A DNA stretch of 63,663 nt from Candidatus Omnitrophota bacterium (GCA_041309005.1 JBFZAN010000031.1:1-63663), one strand, 5' to 3'; shown: positions 8,714-19,152, numbered from the stretch's first letter. Notes: generated by a model from the letters alone, not told the origin. A program made the numbers and translations.

Positions 8714-9085
8714 ATGGTTGAGAGAAGAAGATATTACCGGCTGAAAGACGGAGTGAAGGTCGTATATAAGGTCTCCGGTAAGCTCGGTGAAATTAACTCG
8801 AGCGTCTTCGACGTGGGCGGCGGTGGTCTATGCCTGCCTATCTCCCAGAAAATAGGGCCGGGCACAAACCTGGAACTGAACCTGCTTTTGCCCGACAACA
8901 AAGATTCGTTCTTTGCCTTTGCCAGGGTTGTTTGGCAGGAGAAAGCGCCTCAGAAGGATAAGAACGGCCAGAATTATTACAATACGGGTATAGAGTTCTT
9001 AAAGGTCGACCTTAAAAACCGGCTGCAGATAATCCATTATGTGCACACCAGCCTTAAGGAAAGAGTGAAAGGCAGTAATCCGTAG
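8714..9085 (+). CDS. PilZ-domain protein
   Basis: ERRRYYR (RxxxR), DVGGGGL (variant of D/NxSxxG), ARVVW, YNTGIEF. Start reassigned to ATG 8714. Confidence 0.88.
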   Translation: MVERRRYYRLKDGVKVVYKVSGKLGEINSSVFDVGGGGLCLPISQKIGPGTNLELNLLLPDNKDSFFAFARVVWQEKAPQKDKNGQNYYNTGIEFLKVDLKNRLQIIHYVHTSLKERVKGSNP

Positions 9086-9150
9086 CATATCAGGATATCC
9101 CGCCTGTGTAACCTACACGCACACTTTTCGCACATCCATTTCCCGATTAA

Positions 9151-10257
<1,107 letters not shown>

Positions 10258-10262
10258 AGCGT

Positions 10263-10946
10263 ATGCGTATCGATATCATCACCATATTCCCCGGGATGTT
10301 CGGGCCCGTACTGAACGAATCGATCATGAAGCGGGCTCAAGACAAGGGAAAGGTAAAATTTTTCCTGCATGACCTCCGGGATTATTCCGTCGATAAGCAC
10401 AGGAAAGTGGATGACCGTCCTTTTGGCGGAGGCTCGGGGATGGTAGTAAGCCCCGGGCCCGTGTTCAAAGCGGTAGAGCATATCAAGTCGCAAAGCCGTT
10501 CCTTACGATCGCGCGTGATACTTTTGTGCCCGCAGGGCCGGGTGTTTGACCAGAAGGCCGCCAAGAGGCTTTCGGCGTGCGGCCACCTGATCATTATTTG
10601 CGGACATTACGAAGGCGTGGATGAGCGGGTGAGACAATTCCTGGTCGACGAAGAGGTTTCTATCGGAGATTACGTGTTGACCGGAGGGGAACTGCCGGCC
10701 ATGGTCCTGGTTGACGCGGTAGTAAGGCTTTTACCCGGGGTATTGGGCGACAGAAATTCCTTGAAATTTGAGTCATTCGAGGGTAATCTATTAGAGTACC
10801 CTCATTATACCAGGCCCGCGCGTTTTCGCTCGATGCGCGTGCCGGCGGTGCTTCGCTCGGGCGACCATAAGAAAATTGAAAAATGGAGACACGCGCAGGC
10901 GTTGCGAAGGACCAAGCGTAAAAGGCCCGATCTTTTAAAAACGTAG
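10263..10946 (+). CDS. trmD: tRNA (guanine37-N1)-methyltransferase
   Basis: [48 protein letters not shown]. Confidence 0.98.
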   Translation: MRIDIITIFPGMFGPVLNESIMKRAQDKGKVKFFLHDLRDYSVDKHRKVDDRPFGGGSGMVVSPGPVFKAVEHIKSQSRSLRSRVILLCPQGRVFDQKAAKRLSACGHLIIICGHYEGVDERVRQFLVDEEVSIGDYVLTGGELPAMVLVDAVVRLLPGVLGDRNSLKFESFEGNLLEYPHYTRPARFRSMRVPAVLRSGDHKKIEKWRHAQALRRTKRKRPDLLKT

Positions 10947-10965
10947 CAGAAACAGGAGGTTTTAT

Positions 10966-11322
10966 ATGTCAGAGAAGATCAAGCTCGTTGAGCAGGCGTA
11001 CACGAAGAAAGAATATCCCGAATTCGGCGTCGGGGACACGGTAAAGATCATGACCCGTATCGCCGAAGGCGACAAGGTCAGGCTTCATCCCTTTGAAGGG
11101 GTGGTGATCGCCAGGAAGAATTCCGGCATCCACTCCAGTTTCACCGTGAGGAAGGTTTCTTTCGGCGAAGGCATCGAGCGCGTATTCCCCCTGTATTCCC
11201 CGAGCATCGAGCGCATAGACGTGCTCAAGCGGGGCAAGGTCAGGCGCGCGAGGCTCTTTTATTTGAGGGGCAAAGTGGGAAAGAGCGCGACCAAGATAGA
11301 GACTAGGGAAGAAAAAGCCTGA
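10966..11322 (+). CDS. rplS: 50S ribosomal protein L19
   Basis: PEFGVGDTV, FEGVVIARK, FTVRKVSFGEGIERVFPLYSP, RRARLFYLR; SD CAGGAGG. Confidence 0.98.
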   Translation: MSEKIKLVEQAYTKKEYPEFGVGDTVKIMTRIAEGDKVRLHPFEGVVIARKNSGIHSSFTVRKVSFGEGIERVFPLYSPSIERIDVLKRGKVRRARLFYLRGKVGKSATKIETREEKA

Positions 11323-11326
11323 TACG

Positions 11327-11929
11327 GTGCTGTATTACGAAAGAAAATTCAAGAAGCAGGGTTGCGATATCATCATTGGGGTGGATGAGGTAGGGGTTGG
11401 CCCCCTCGCCGGCCCCGTGGTCGCGTGCGCGGTCGCGTTAAGGACCACGCGATTTACAAACCGCGTGGACGATTCAAAGAAATTGTCTTGCAGCCAGAGG
11501 GAAAAAGCGTTCTTTGAGATCATCGGAAAATCGATGTACGGCTTGGGGATCGTGAACGAAAAGGTCATCGACCGTATCAATATTTTCGAGGCGGCCCGTA
11601 TCGCGATGGAGGAGGCGATAACCGCGTTGGCCGAAAGGCTGCGGCTTACCGGCAGCCGCGGCATCCATATTCTTATAGACGGTAGAGTTAAGCCGCGCGT
11701 CGAGTTCCCTTGTTCCAATATCATAAAAGGCGATGCAAAATCAAAAAGCATTGCGTCCGCCTCAATCGTGGCCAAGGTGACCCGCGACCGCATCATGGGG
11801 ATATACGATGCGATCTACCCGCAGTACGGCTTCAGGCGGCATAAAGGCTACCCGACCAGCGCCCATCGAAGCGCCATTAAAGAATTCGGGCCGTGCGTGA
11901 TCCACAGAAAGAGTTTTTGCGGTGTCTAA
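11327..11929 (+). CDS. rnhB: Ribonuclease HII
   Basis: GVDEVGVGPLAGPV, DDSKKL, ILIDG, IKGDAKS.SIASASIVAKVTRD, HKGYPT, IHRKSF. Confidence 0.96.
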   Translation: MLYYERKFKKQGCDIIIGVDEVGVGPLAGPVVACAVALRTTRFTNRVDDSKKLSCSQREKAFFEIIGKSMYGLGIVNEKVIDRINIFEAARIAMEEAITALAERLRLTGSRGIHILIDGRVKPRVEFPCSNIIKGDAKSKSIASASIVAKVTRDRIMGIYDAIYPQYGFRRHKGYPTSAHRSAIKEFGPCVIHRKSFCGV

Positions 11930-12302
11930 AGAGAATATTTCGTTAGGACGGTCCGCTGAAGAGGCTGCGGTAAGGCTGCTTGAAGCGCAAGGCTATACTA
12001 TCCTGGAAAAAAATTATAAAACCAGGGCGGGCGAAATCGATATTGTCGCTAAAGACGCAGACACGCTGTGCTTTATCGAGGTGAAAGCGCGCCACTCGGA
12101 GAAGTTCGGCGCTGCGGCAGAGGCGGTGGGAAGCGCGAAACAGAGGAGGATCGCCAGGGCGGCGCTTTGGTACCTTAAAGCGCACGGCCTCCTGGAGCAG
12201 AAATCAAGATTCGATGTGGTAGCCATACGCGCTGACCGGGGAGGATCGTGCGCCGGGATAATCAAGGACGCGTTCATACTGGAGGAAGGGTTCTCCTGCT
12301 AG
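11922..12302 (+). CDS. yraN: YraN family (UPF0102) nuclease-like protein
   Basis: GEIDIVAKD..LCFIEVKAR, KQRRI, RFDVVAI; usual position after rnhB. Confidence 0.92.
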   Translation: MSKENISLGRSAEEAAVRLLEAQGYTILEKNYKTRAGEIDIVAKDADTLCFIEVKARHSEKFGAAAEAVGSAKQRRIARAALWYLKAHGLLEQKSRFDVVAIRADRGGSCAGIIKDAFILEEGFSC

Positions 12303-12303
12303 C

Positions 12304-13998
12304 ATGAAGACCGATATCGAGATAGTCCGGAACGCAAAAATCAGGCCGATTGGCCATGTCGCGGCAAAATTAAAATTAAACAAAAAATACCTTATACCCC
12401 ACGGTAACTTTATTGCCAAGATAGACCCCGGGATCCTGCGCACGCTCGCCCATAAACCTAGGGGCAGGTATATATTGGTGAGCGCGATCACCCCTACCCC
12501 CCTGGGCGAAGGCAAGACCGTCACGACCATAGGACTTTCGATGGCGTTGAACCGTCTGGGGAAACGTTCCTCCTGCTGCATCAGGCAGCCTTCTTTAGGG
12601 CCTGTGTTCGGCATCAAGGGCGGGGCTGCCGGAGGAGGGTATTCGCAGGTGCTGCCGATGGAGGATTTCAATCTCCATTTTTCGGGGGATACCCACGCGG
12701 TGAGTGCAGCGCACAATCTGGCAGCGGCATTCCTGGATAATTCGGTCTTTAAGGGTAACCGCCTGGGCATTAACCCCGCGACCATGGTCTGGCGCAGGGT
12801 CATCGATATCAATGACCGTTCGTTAAGGAATATAAAGATAGGCCTCGCGCCTGAAGAGGACAAATTCGTCCAGGAATCGGGCTTCGATATTACCGCTTCT
12901 TCGGAGATCATGGCAGCGCTCGCCTTAAGCGGGGATATCTTTGATTTGAGAAAACGTCTGGGCAGGATCGTGCTGGCGTACACCTTCGACAACAAGCCGG
13001 TCACCTGCGACGACATAAAAGTTGCGGGCAGCATGGCTGCGCTTTTAAAGGAAGCCATAAAACCCAACCTGATCCAGACCATAGAAAATACCCCTTGTTT
13101 CGTGCACTGCGGGCCGTTCGGCAACATCGCTCACGGCAATAGCTCCATTCTGGCTGATGCGATCGCGCTGGCGTCATCGGAATATGTAGTTACCGAGGCC
13201 GGCTTTGGCGCCGATTGCGGCGCGGAAAAATTCTTCGATATTAAATGCCGGGTAAGCGGGTTCGTCCCCGACGCGGCGGTGATCGTATGTTCCGCGCGCG
13301 CCTTAAAAGCTCACAGCGGCAGGTTTAGAGTTGTCCCGGGAAAGCCGCTGGATAAGGCCTTGGGAAACGAGAACCTGCAGGCGCTGGAAGAAGGGATGCC
13401 TAACCTCGCCAAGCAGATAGAGAATATAAGGATTTTCGGCATTCCGGCAGTAGTGGCGGTCAACAGGTTTGATTCCGATACCGACCGCGAGATCGAACTT
13501 ATAAGAAACAAATCAATGGAATCGGGCGCCTATGGCTGCGAAGTAAGCAGTGTGTGGTCTTGCGGGTCGAAAGGGGGCCTTGCATTAGCCAGGTCGGTGA
13601 TAAAGGCAGCTTCCTGCGGGAAAGATTTTAAATACCTGTATTCGGTGAATATGCCGATCAAGGAGAAGATAGAAACGATCGCGGTCAGGATCTACGGCGC
13701 CAGGAACGTCGAATATTCAGAAGCTGCCGAACGCAAGATCGAACTGTGCGCGAAGCAGGGCTGGGACGCGCTGCCGATATGTATGTCCAAGACGCATTTG
13801 TCGTTGTCGCATGACCCCGGCCTCCTGGGAAGGCCGAAAGATTTTACCCTGCCGGTAAGAGATATCAGGGCGTTCGTGGGGGCGGGGTTCCTTTCTCCTT
13901 TGTGCGGCACAATAAATACCATGCCCGGCTTGCCGAAGCATCCGGCCGGCGAGAACATAGATATCGATAACAACGGTAATATCGTGGGGTTATTTTAA
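12304..13998 (+). CDS. fhs: Formate--tetrahydrofolate ligase
   Basis: ITPTPLGEGKT, LRQPS-like IRQPSLGPVFGIKGGAAGGGYSQV, HCGPFGNIAHGNSS, TEAGFGAD, TMPGLP. Confidence 0.97.
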   Translation: MKTDIEIVRNAKIRPIGHVAAKLKLNKKYLIPHGNFIAKIDPGILRTLAHKPRGRYILVSAITPTPLGEGKTVTTIGLSMALNRLGKRSSCCIRQPSLGPVFGIKGGAAGGGYSQVLPMEDFNLHFSGDTHAVSAAHNLAAAFLDNSVFKGNRLGINPATMVWRRVIDINDRSLRNIKIGLAPEEDKFVQESGFDITASSEIMAALALSGDIFDLRKRLGRIVLAYTFDNKPVTCDDIKVAGSMAALLKEAIKPNLIQTIENTPCFVHCGPFGNIAHGNSSILADAIALASSEYVVTEAGFGADCGAEKFFDIKCRVSGFVPDAAVIVCSARALKAHSGRFRVVPGKPLDKALGNENLQALEEGMPNLAKQIENIRIFGIPAVVAVNRFDSDTDREIELIRNKSMESGAYGCEVSSVWSCGSKGGLALARSVIKAASCGKDFKYLYSVNMPIKEKIETIAVRIYGARNVEYSEAAERKIELCAKQGWDALPICMSKTHLSLSHDPGLLGRPKDFTLPVRDIRAFVGAGFLSPLCGTINTMPGLPKHPAGENIDIDNNGNIVGLF

Positions 13999-14579
13999 TG
14001 TATCGGGACAAGACGCTTAAAAGATACCTGGATGATCTTGCGGCGAAGCGCGCCGTACCCGGCGGCGGCTCTGCGGCAGCGCTGTCAGCGGGGCTGGGGG
14101 TTTCCTTAATGGGCATGGTAATAAGGTTTACCTTGGGTAAACCGGCGTACGCGCCGTTTCAGAGCTTCCTCATAAGGACCCTTGCGCTTTCAGAGCGGCT
14201 TCGGCGCGAATGCTTAAGGCTGGTCGATCAGGATATCGCCGCGTACAAAAGCGGGAGCGCCGCGCGCTCACTCGCCGTACCTTTAAAGCTCGGGCAGTTG
14301 TGCCTGAAAGGCCTTCAGGCGTGCCCTTTACTTGCGGTCAGAAGCAATCCGCATCTGGCAAGCGATGTGGCGGTCGCCGCAACATTGCTTGAGGCTTCAT
14401 GCATAAGCAGCTGTTACACCGCCCGGATCAATTTACGTTCGGTGGGCCTTCGTGGCCGGGCCGCGGGTATAAGAAAGAGATTGGACCGCACCATCACCTT
14501 GTCAAAGAAGTTAAGGCGCGATACGGAGGTTAGTGTTGGCAAAATTATTGGAAGGAAAGATACTCGCCCAAAAGCTTAA
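13998..14579 (+). CDS. fchA: Cyclodeaminase/cyclohydrolase family protein (methenyl-THF cyclohydrolase FchA-like)
   Basis: YLDDLAAKRAVPGGGSAAAL, LVDQD, SNPHLASDVAVA, ARINL; lies between fhs and folD. Confidence 0.8.
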   Translation: MYRDKTLKRYLDDLAAKRAVPGGGSAAALSAGLGVSLMGMVIRFTLGKPAYAPFQSFLIRTLALSERLRRECLRLVDQDIAAYKSGSAARSLAVPLKLGQLCLKGLQACPLLAVRSNPHLASDVAVAATLLEASCISSCYTARINLRSVGLRGRAAGIRKRLDRTITLSKKLRRDTEVSVGKIIGRKDTRPKA

Positions 14580-15390
14580 ACAGGATCTCTCCAAAGAGAT
14601 CGTCGGGCTGCAGGCGAAACTCGCAAGGCCGCTGGCGCTGGAGAGTATCGTGGTAGGCGACCACGCTTCATCCAGCCTCTACTGCAACGCCCAGAAAAAG
14701 ACGGCTGAATCCCTGAACATAGAGTATCGTCTTCATACGTTAGGCGCCGCTGTCCCCGAGCAAGAACTTATCGGGCTGATAGAGAGGCTTAACCGGGATG
14801 AGACATCCGACGGCATCCTCGTGCAGATGCCGCTGCCCGGCCACATCGATTATAAAAGGGTGAGCCGTTTTATCGCCCCTCAAAAAGACGTGGAAGGCAT
14901 GCATCCTGCTAACATCGGCAAATTGCTGTTCGGTAAGGCGAAGATCGTCCCCTGTACGGCGGCAGCGGTCATGGCGCTGCTTAAAGAGACGGCTATTAAC
15001 CTTCGCGGTAAGTCCTGCGTTATCGTCGGCCACAGCGAGATAGTCGGCAAGCCTTTGAGCCTTCTTTTGCTGGATGAATTCGCGACAGTAAGCGTGTGCC
15101 ATATCGCTACCAGCGAAGCAGGACGCCTTAAAGACTACGTGCAGCAGGCCGAAGTGCTGGCGGTAGCCGTCGGCAAAGCGGGTATCGTTAAGGGAGAGTG
15201 GATAAAGAAAGACGCCGTGGTCATCGATGTAGGCATCAACAGGGTGGCGGACAAAACGGTAGGCGATGTCGAATTCGATGAAGCCGCAAAACGCGCTTCC
15301 TGGATCACGCCTGTGCCCGGGGGGGTAGGGCCATTGACCGTTGTGATGTTGATGAAGAACCTCGTCGAGGCGGTGAAGCAGAAGATATGA
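14533..15390 (+). CDS. folD: Bifunctional methylene-THF dehydrogenase/cyclohydrolase
   Basis: DGILVQMPLP, KDVEGMHP, PCTAAAV, VGHSEIVGKP, IDVGIN, GDVEF, ITPVPGGVGPLTV. Confidence 0.97.
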   Translation: MLAKLLEGKILAQKLKQDLSKEIVGLQAKLARPLALESIVVGDHASSSLYCNAQKKTAESLNIEYRLHTLGAAVPEQELIGLIERLNRDETSDGILVQMPLPGHIDYKRVSRFIAPQKDVEGMHPANIGKLLFGKAKIVPCTAAAVMALLKETAINLRGKSCVIVGHSEIVGKPLSLLLLDEFATVSVCHIATSEAGRLKDYVQQAEVLAVAVGKAGIVKGEWIKKDAVVIDVGINRVADKTVGDVEFDEAAKRASWITPVPGGVGPLTVVMLMKNLVEAVKQKI

Positions 15391-15716
15391 AGACCATACT
15401 GCTTCTTACGATATCAAACATATTCATGACCTTTGCCTGGTATGGGCATCTTAAATATAAGCATTCGCCGCTGTGGATCGCGATTCTGGTAAGCTGGCTG
15501 ATCGCTTCTGTCGAATACTGTTTTCAGGTCCCTGCTAACCGTATCGGCCATTACCGGTTTTCCGCGGCGCAATTGAAGACCATCCAGGAAGTCATTACCC
15601 TGGTTGTGTTCTCCGTTTTTTCCGTTTTCTATCTCAAGGAAGGCTTCAGATGGAATCATCTTGCGGGCTTCCTGATGATTATTTTGGCAGTGTTCTTTAT
15701 TTTTAGAAAATGGTAG
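15387..15716 (+). CDS. DMT-superfamily small membrane protein (DUF486 type)
   Basis: SNIFMTFAWYGHLK, EYCFQVPANRIG, QLKTIQEVITL; four hydrophobic helices in 109 aa. Confidence 0.88.
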   Translation: MKTILLLTISNIFMTFAWYGHLKYKHSPLWIAILVSWLIASVEYCFQVPANRIGHYRFSAAQLKTIQEVITLVVFSVFSVFYLKEGFRWNHLAGFLMIILAVFFIFRKW

Positions 15717-15730
15717 TGTATAATGTAGGC

Positions 15731-16570
15731 ATGAAGAGGAAGAATCCCATGCGTATCTTTTTTAGAAGCGTATTTCTGTTTCTTGCTGGCTCACTCGTTT
15801 TGTCTTCGGCCGCGTATGCCAGGGAGACCAGTTGGAATGAGCTCAATGACCAGGTTGCCTTGCTCTACCAGCAGGGAAAATACCAGGAGGCGATCAAGGT
15901 AGCCGAAGAGTCGTTGAGAGTGGCTGAGGATTCCTTCGGCGTGGACCATCCTAATGTGGCGCAGGCACTCAACAACCTGGCCCGGATCTATGACGCCCAG
16001 GGCAGATTCACGGAAGCAGAGACTTTTTACCGCAAGACCATCGGCGTGATAGAAAAAGCGCTCGGCCCGGAGCATCCAGACGTGGCGACGTCATTATACA
16101 ACCTGGCCGGATTTTATGATTCCCAGGGGAAACTCGCGCAGGCAGAGTCGTTGTACCTTCGGGCGCTTGACATATTCGAGCAGTCCCTCGGCCCGGAGCA
16201 CCCCGAGGTAGCGGCGGTATTGAATAATTTGGCCTTACTGTATAACTCTCAGGGCAGGTTCGATAAGGCGGAGCCGCTTTATCAGAGGACGCTTGCGATA
16301 ATGGAAAAGGCCTCAGGCCCCGATGACCCGAGCGTGGCGCAGACCTTAAACAATCTCGCGGTGCTCTACACCACGCAGGGCAAATATTTTGAAGCCGAAC
16401 CCCTCTATCAGCGGGCCCTCGCGATAATCGAAAAGACCTTCGGCGATGACCATCCCAATACGGCGATCGTGCTTAAGAATATGGCCGACTTTTACAGGAA
16501 GATCGCCAGGGAAAAAGACGCGGTGAGCTTCGAGGCGCGCGTCAAAGAGATTTACTCGAAAAACAAATGA
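15731..16570 (+). CDS. Secreted tetratricopeptide-repeat protein (42-aa kinesin-light-chain-type repeats)
   Basis: Signal-peptide-like N-terminus; five full and one partial 42-aa repeats LNNLA.LY..QG.Y.EAEPLY.RAL.I.EK.LGP.HP.VA. Start is uncertain (15710, 15731 or 15749). Confidence 0.88.
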   Translation: MKRKNPMRIFFRSVFLFLAGSLVLSSAAYARETSWNELNDQVALLYQQGKYQEAIKVAEESLRVAEDSFGVDHPNVAQALNNLARIYDAQGRFTEAETFYRKTIGVIEKALGPEHPDVATSLYNLAGFYDSQGKLAQAESLYLRALDIFEQSLGPEHPEVAAVLNNLALLYNSQGRFDKAEPLYQRTLAIMEKASGPDDPSVAQTLNNLAVLYTTQGKYFEAEPLYQRALAIIEKTFGDDHPNTAIVLKNMADFYRKIAREKDAVSFEARVKEIYSKNK

Positions 16571-17436
16571 CTTTCAAAGAAAAACTTGCGGCGGGGAAGT
16601 TCCTCGTCACTTCAGAGATAGGCCCTCCGAAAGGCATCGATACAAAACAGATCCTTGAAGAAGCAGAGGCTCTACGCGCCAGGGTGGACGCCATAAACGT
16701 AACCGACCTGCAGAGCTCGGTGATGCGCCTGGGTTCCCTTGCGGTATCAAGCCTGCTCGTGCAGCGGGGCCTTGAGCCGGTGTACCAGCTGACCTGCCGC
16801 GACAGGAACCGGCTGGCGCTGCAGTCAGACCTTTTGTCCGCGGCGGCATTAGGCATAGAAAACGTACTTATCCTTACCGGAGACCACCCTGTGCTGGGCG
16901 ACCATCCCGAGGCAAAGCCGGTATATGACCTTGATTCCGTGCAGCTTTTGCAGGTGGTAAAGTCGCTTGAGAAAGGCTTCGATATGAAAGGCAATAAGCT
17001 CGAGGGCGGCGCTCCGAAGTTCTGCGCCGGCGCGGCGGTGAATCCCGGCGCGGACCCGATAGAGCCGCAGATCATAAAAATGGAAAAGAAGGCCGAAGCG
17101 GGAGCGCAGTTCTTCCAGACGCAGGCAGTCTACGACATCAAGGTTTTCGAACATTTTTTATCCAAAGTACGCCATTTGAAGATACCCATATTGGCGGGCA
17201 TCGTGTTATTGAAGTCGGGGAACATGGCAAGGTACATGAATAAGAACGTCGCAGGCGTATCCGTGCCTGACGGTCTGATCAAGGAAATGGATGAGGCAAA
17301 AGACAAGCCTGCGAAATCGATCGAGATCGCCAGGCGGCTCATTCTCGAGCTAAAACCCATGTGTCAGGGCATACATATCATGCCTATCGGCTGGAACAGG
17401 CTTGTGGCCGAAATCCTTACGGCCTCCGGTTTATAA
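16567..17436 (+). CDS. metF: Methylenetetrahydrofolate reductase
   Basis: EIGPPKG, INVTD, TCRDRNRLALQSDL, LTGDHP, GAQFFQTQAVYD, GIHIMP. Confidence 0.93.
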   Translation: MTFKEKLAAGKFLVTSEIGPPKGIDTKQILEEAEALRARVDAINVTDLQSSVMRLGSLAVSSLLVQRGLEPVYQLTCRDRNRLALQSDLLSAAALGIENVLILTGDHPVLGDHPEAKPVYDLDSVQLLQVVKSLEKGFDMKGNKLEGGAPKFCAGAAVNPGADPIEPQIIKMEKKAEAGAQFFQTQAVYDIKVFEHFLSKVRHLKIPILAGIVLLKSGNMARYMNKNVAGVSVPDGLIKEMDEAKDKPAKSIEIARRLILELKPMCQGIHIMPIGWNRLVAEILTASGL

Positions 17437-17439
17437 GAT

Positions 17440-18330
17440 ATGGCAAGAATAGTCATTATCGGCGCTTCCATCGCAGGGCATACGGTCGCGCTCAAAATTA
17501 AAGAATCCTGCGCCGGTTCCAGCGTCACGCTTTTGACCGAGGAAAGCTACCCTCTCTATGACAGGAGGATGCTTACCGGGGTGCTGGCGGGTGAGAGAAA
17601 AGATAAAGAGGTGTTCCTGTTCGACAAAGACCTCTACGCCCGGAAGGCAATCGAATTCAAAAGCGAAAGCAGGGTAATTTCACTGAACCGGGATAAAAAG
17701 ATCCTTTCCTTGAAGGATAAACCGGCTGTCCCGTATGATTTCCTGGTGATCTGTACCGGAAGAAAATTCAGCCCGCCCCAGATACCAGGCATAAAAAAGA
17801 GCGGCGTATTCGGTTTCAGTTCTTTGGAAGACCTGAAGCAACTGAAGGCTTTCCCCGCGGGCGATACGGTCGCCATCTCCGGCTCAGGCGTTTGGGCCAG
17901 GAAGGTCGCCGCGGTATTCGCTTCCAAGGGGAAAGAGGTAAAGCTTTTGACAGGTGCCCCCGAAGCTCAAGAGGCGCCTGTCGTTCCAGCCGAAGGAAGA
18001 ATAGAGGCCATTCCCAGCAGCATCGTTGAGATAATAGGCGAATCAGAAATACAGGCGGTGAGGCTTAAGGAGGGCAAGATAGTCGGGACGACTATAGCGG
18101 TATTCATGGACGAATATAAAGGCGGTATAGAGTTCCTGAAACACTCCGGCATCGAAGTCCGCGGGGATTCTGTCCTGGTAGACGAGCGCATGCGTGCCGG
18201 TTGCGACCAGATCCTTGCCTGCGGCGCGGTATGCGCGCTAAAGGAAGGGCCTGCGGAAATGAAGTCCTGGGAAGAAACAATTGAGGAGGGCCTGCGAGCG
18301 GCCGATACCCTTCTTACGCTTGCGGGTTAA
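17440..18330 (+). CDS. NAD(P)/FAD-dependent oxidoreductase family protein, degenerate
   Basis: First Rossmann motif IVIIGASIAG, YDFLVICTG, PQIPGI; the second dinucleotide motif is eroded (ISGSGVWA) and the AxGD motif reads ACGA. Confidence 0.7.
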   Translation: MARIVIIGASIAGHTVALKIKESCAGSSVTLLTEESYPLYDRRMLTGVLAGERKDKEVFLFDKDLYARKAIEFKSESRVISLNRDKKILSLKDKPAVPYDFLVICTGRKFSPPQIPGIKKSGVFGFSSLEDLKQLKAFPAGDTVAISGSGVWARKVAAVFASKGKEVKLLTGAPEAQEAPVVPAEGRIEAIPSSIVEIIGESEIQAVRLKEGKIVGTTIAVFMDEYKGGIEFLKHSGIEVRGDSVLVDERMRAGCDQILACGAVCALKEGPAEMKSWEETIEEGLRAADTLLTLAG

Positions 18331-18341
18331 AGAGATTTTAC

Positions 18342-18370
18342 TTGACTTTCAATATAATTCTGTATAATAT
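18342..18370 (+). promoter_or_regulatory. Putative sigma70 promoter
   Basis: TTGACT (18342-18347) with TATAAT at 18363-18368 (15-nt spacer) or TAATAT at 18365-18370 (17-nt spacer), in an AT-rich intergenic region. Confidence 0.55.
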
Positions 18371-18384
18371 GATAGCAGATTACG

Positions 18385-19152
18385 ATGCTCACCTTAATTA
18401 ATAAATATATCCCCTTAAAAACACTGCTGTTATCGCTCATATCAGGGGCTATTTTTGCTTCTTGCGGCTTTGCGCAGGAGACGTCAAAATACTCCGGCCC
18501 CAATTATGAAGCGCAGGACCTTTCTTTGCTGCAGCAGCAGGCGAGGCTTTACCGCAGCCAGGGGCTCCAGTTGCAGAGCATGGGAAATCTGGACCAGGCG
18601 TTAAGTCTCTATCAAAAGGCGGCGGAACTCGACCCATCGTACGCGCTTGTCTTCAACGATATCGGGATCGTGTATGAGGCAAAAGGAGAAACCGATAAGG
18701 CGGAAGCCAATTATTTAAAGGCGATCTCTGTAGACCCTAACTTCCTGAGCGTCTACTCCAACCTCGGGTCGCTGTACGAAACAAAACGGGACCTTGAGAA
18801 AGCCGCGTATTACTGGGACAAGAGGGCGCGGCTTGGCCTGCCGGATGACCCCTGGACAAAGAAGGCAAAGAAGCATGTGCAGGGTTTAGCCATGGCGATA
18901 GGCGGCCCGAACGCAGCCAGTGAATTCGAACTTATCGATCTGATGAGAGAAGTGGCCTCACGCAAGTCCCGCCTGCAGGAAAGCGATAAGGCGCTGGCAA
19001 AGTCATACTTGGCCAAAGCGCAGAAAAGTTACAAAAAGGACGATTACGCGACCGCGGTCAAATACGCGATCAGCGCCCAGCAATTAGATCCCGATAATCC
19101 CGACATAGAAACATTCGTGAACAAAATCAAGATAAGAGCGCTGACTAAGTAG
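18385..19152 (+). CDS. Exported tetratricopeptide-repeat protein
   Basis: Hydrophobic N-terminus; 34-aa TPRs (ALSLYQKAAELDPSYA.VFNDIGIVY; AEANYLKAISVDPNF.SVYSNLG) plus a C-terminal TPR. Confidence 0.85.
   Translation: MLTLINKYIPLKTLLLSLISGAIFASCGFAQETSKYSGPNYEAQDLSLLQQQARLYRSQGLQLQSMGNLDQALSLYQKAAELDPSYALVFNDIGIVYEAKGETDKAEANYLKAISVDPNFLSVYSNLGSLYETKRDLEKAAYYWDKRARLGLPDDPWTKKAKKHVQGLAMAIGGPNAASEFELIDLMREVASRKSRLQESDKALAKSYLAKAQKSYKKDDYATAVKYAISAQQLDPDNPDIETFVNKIKIRALTK

Noticed and set aside
15830-16480. Periodic DNA similarity with a 126-nt period (CRISPR or tandem repeat?)
   Set aside because: Explained by the 42-aa TPR protein repeats; the units diverge at synonymous sites and there are no spacers.
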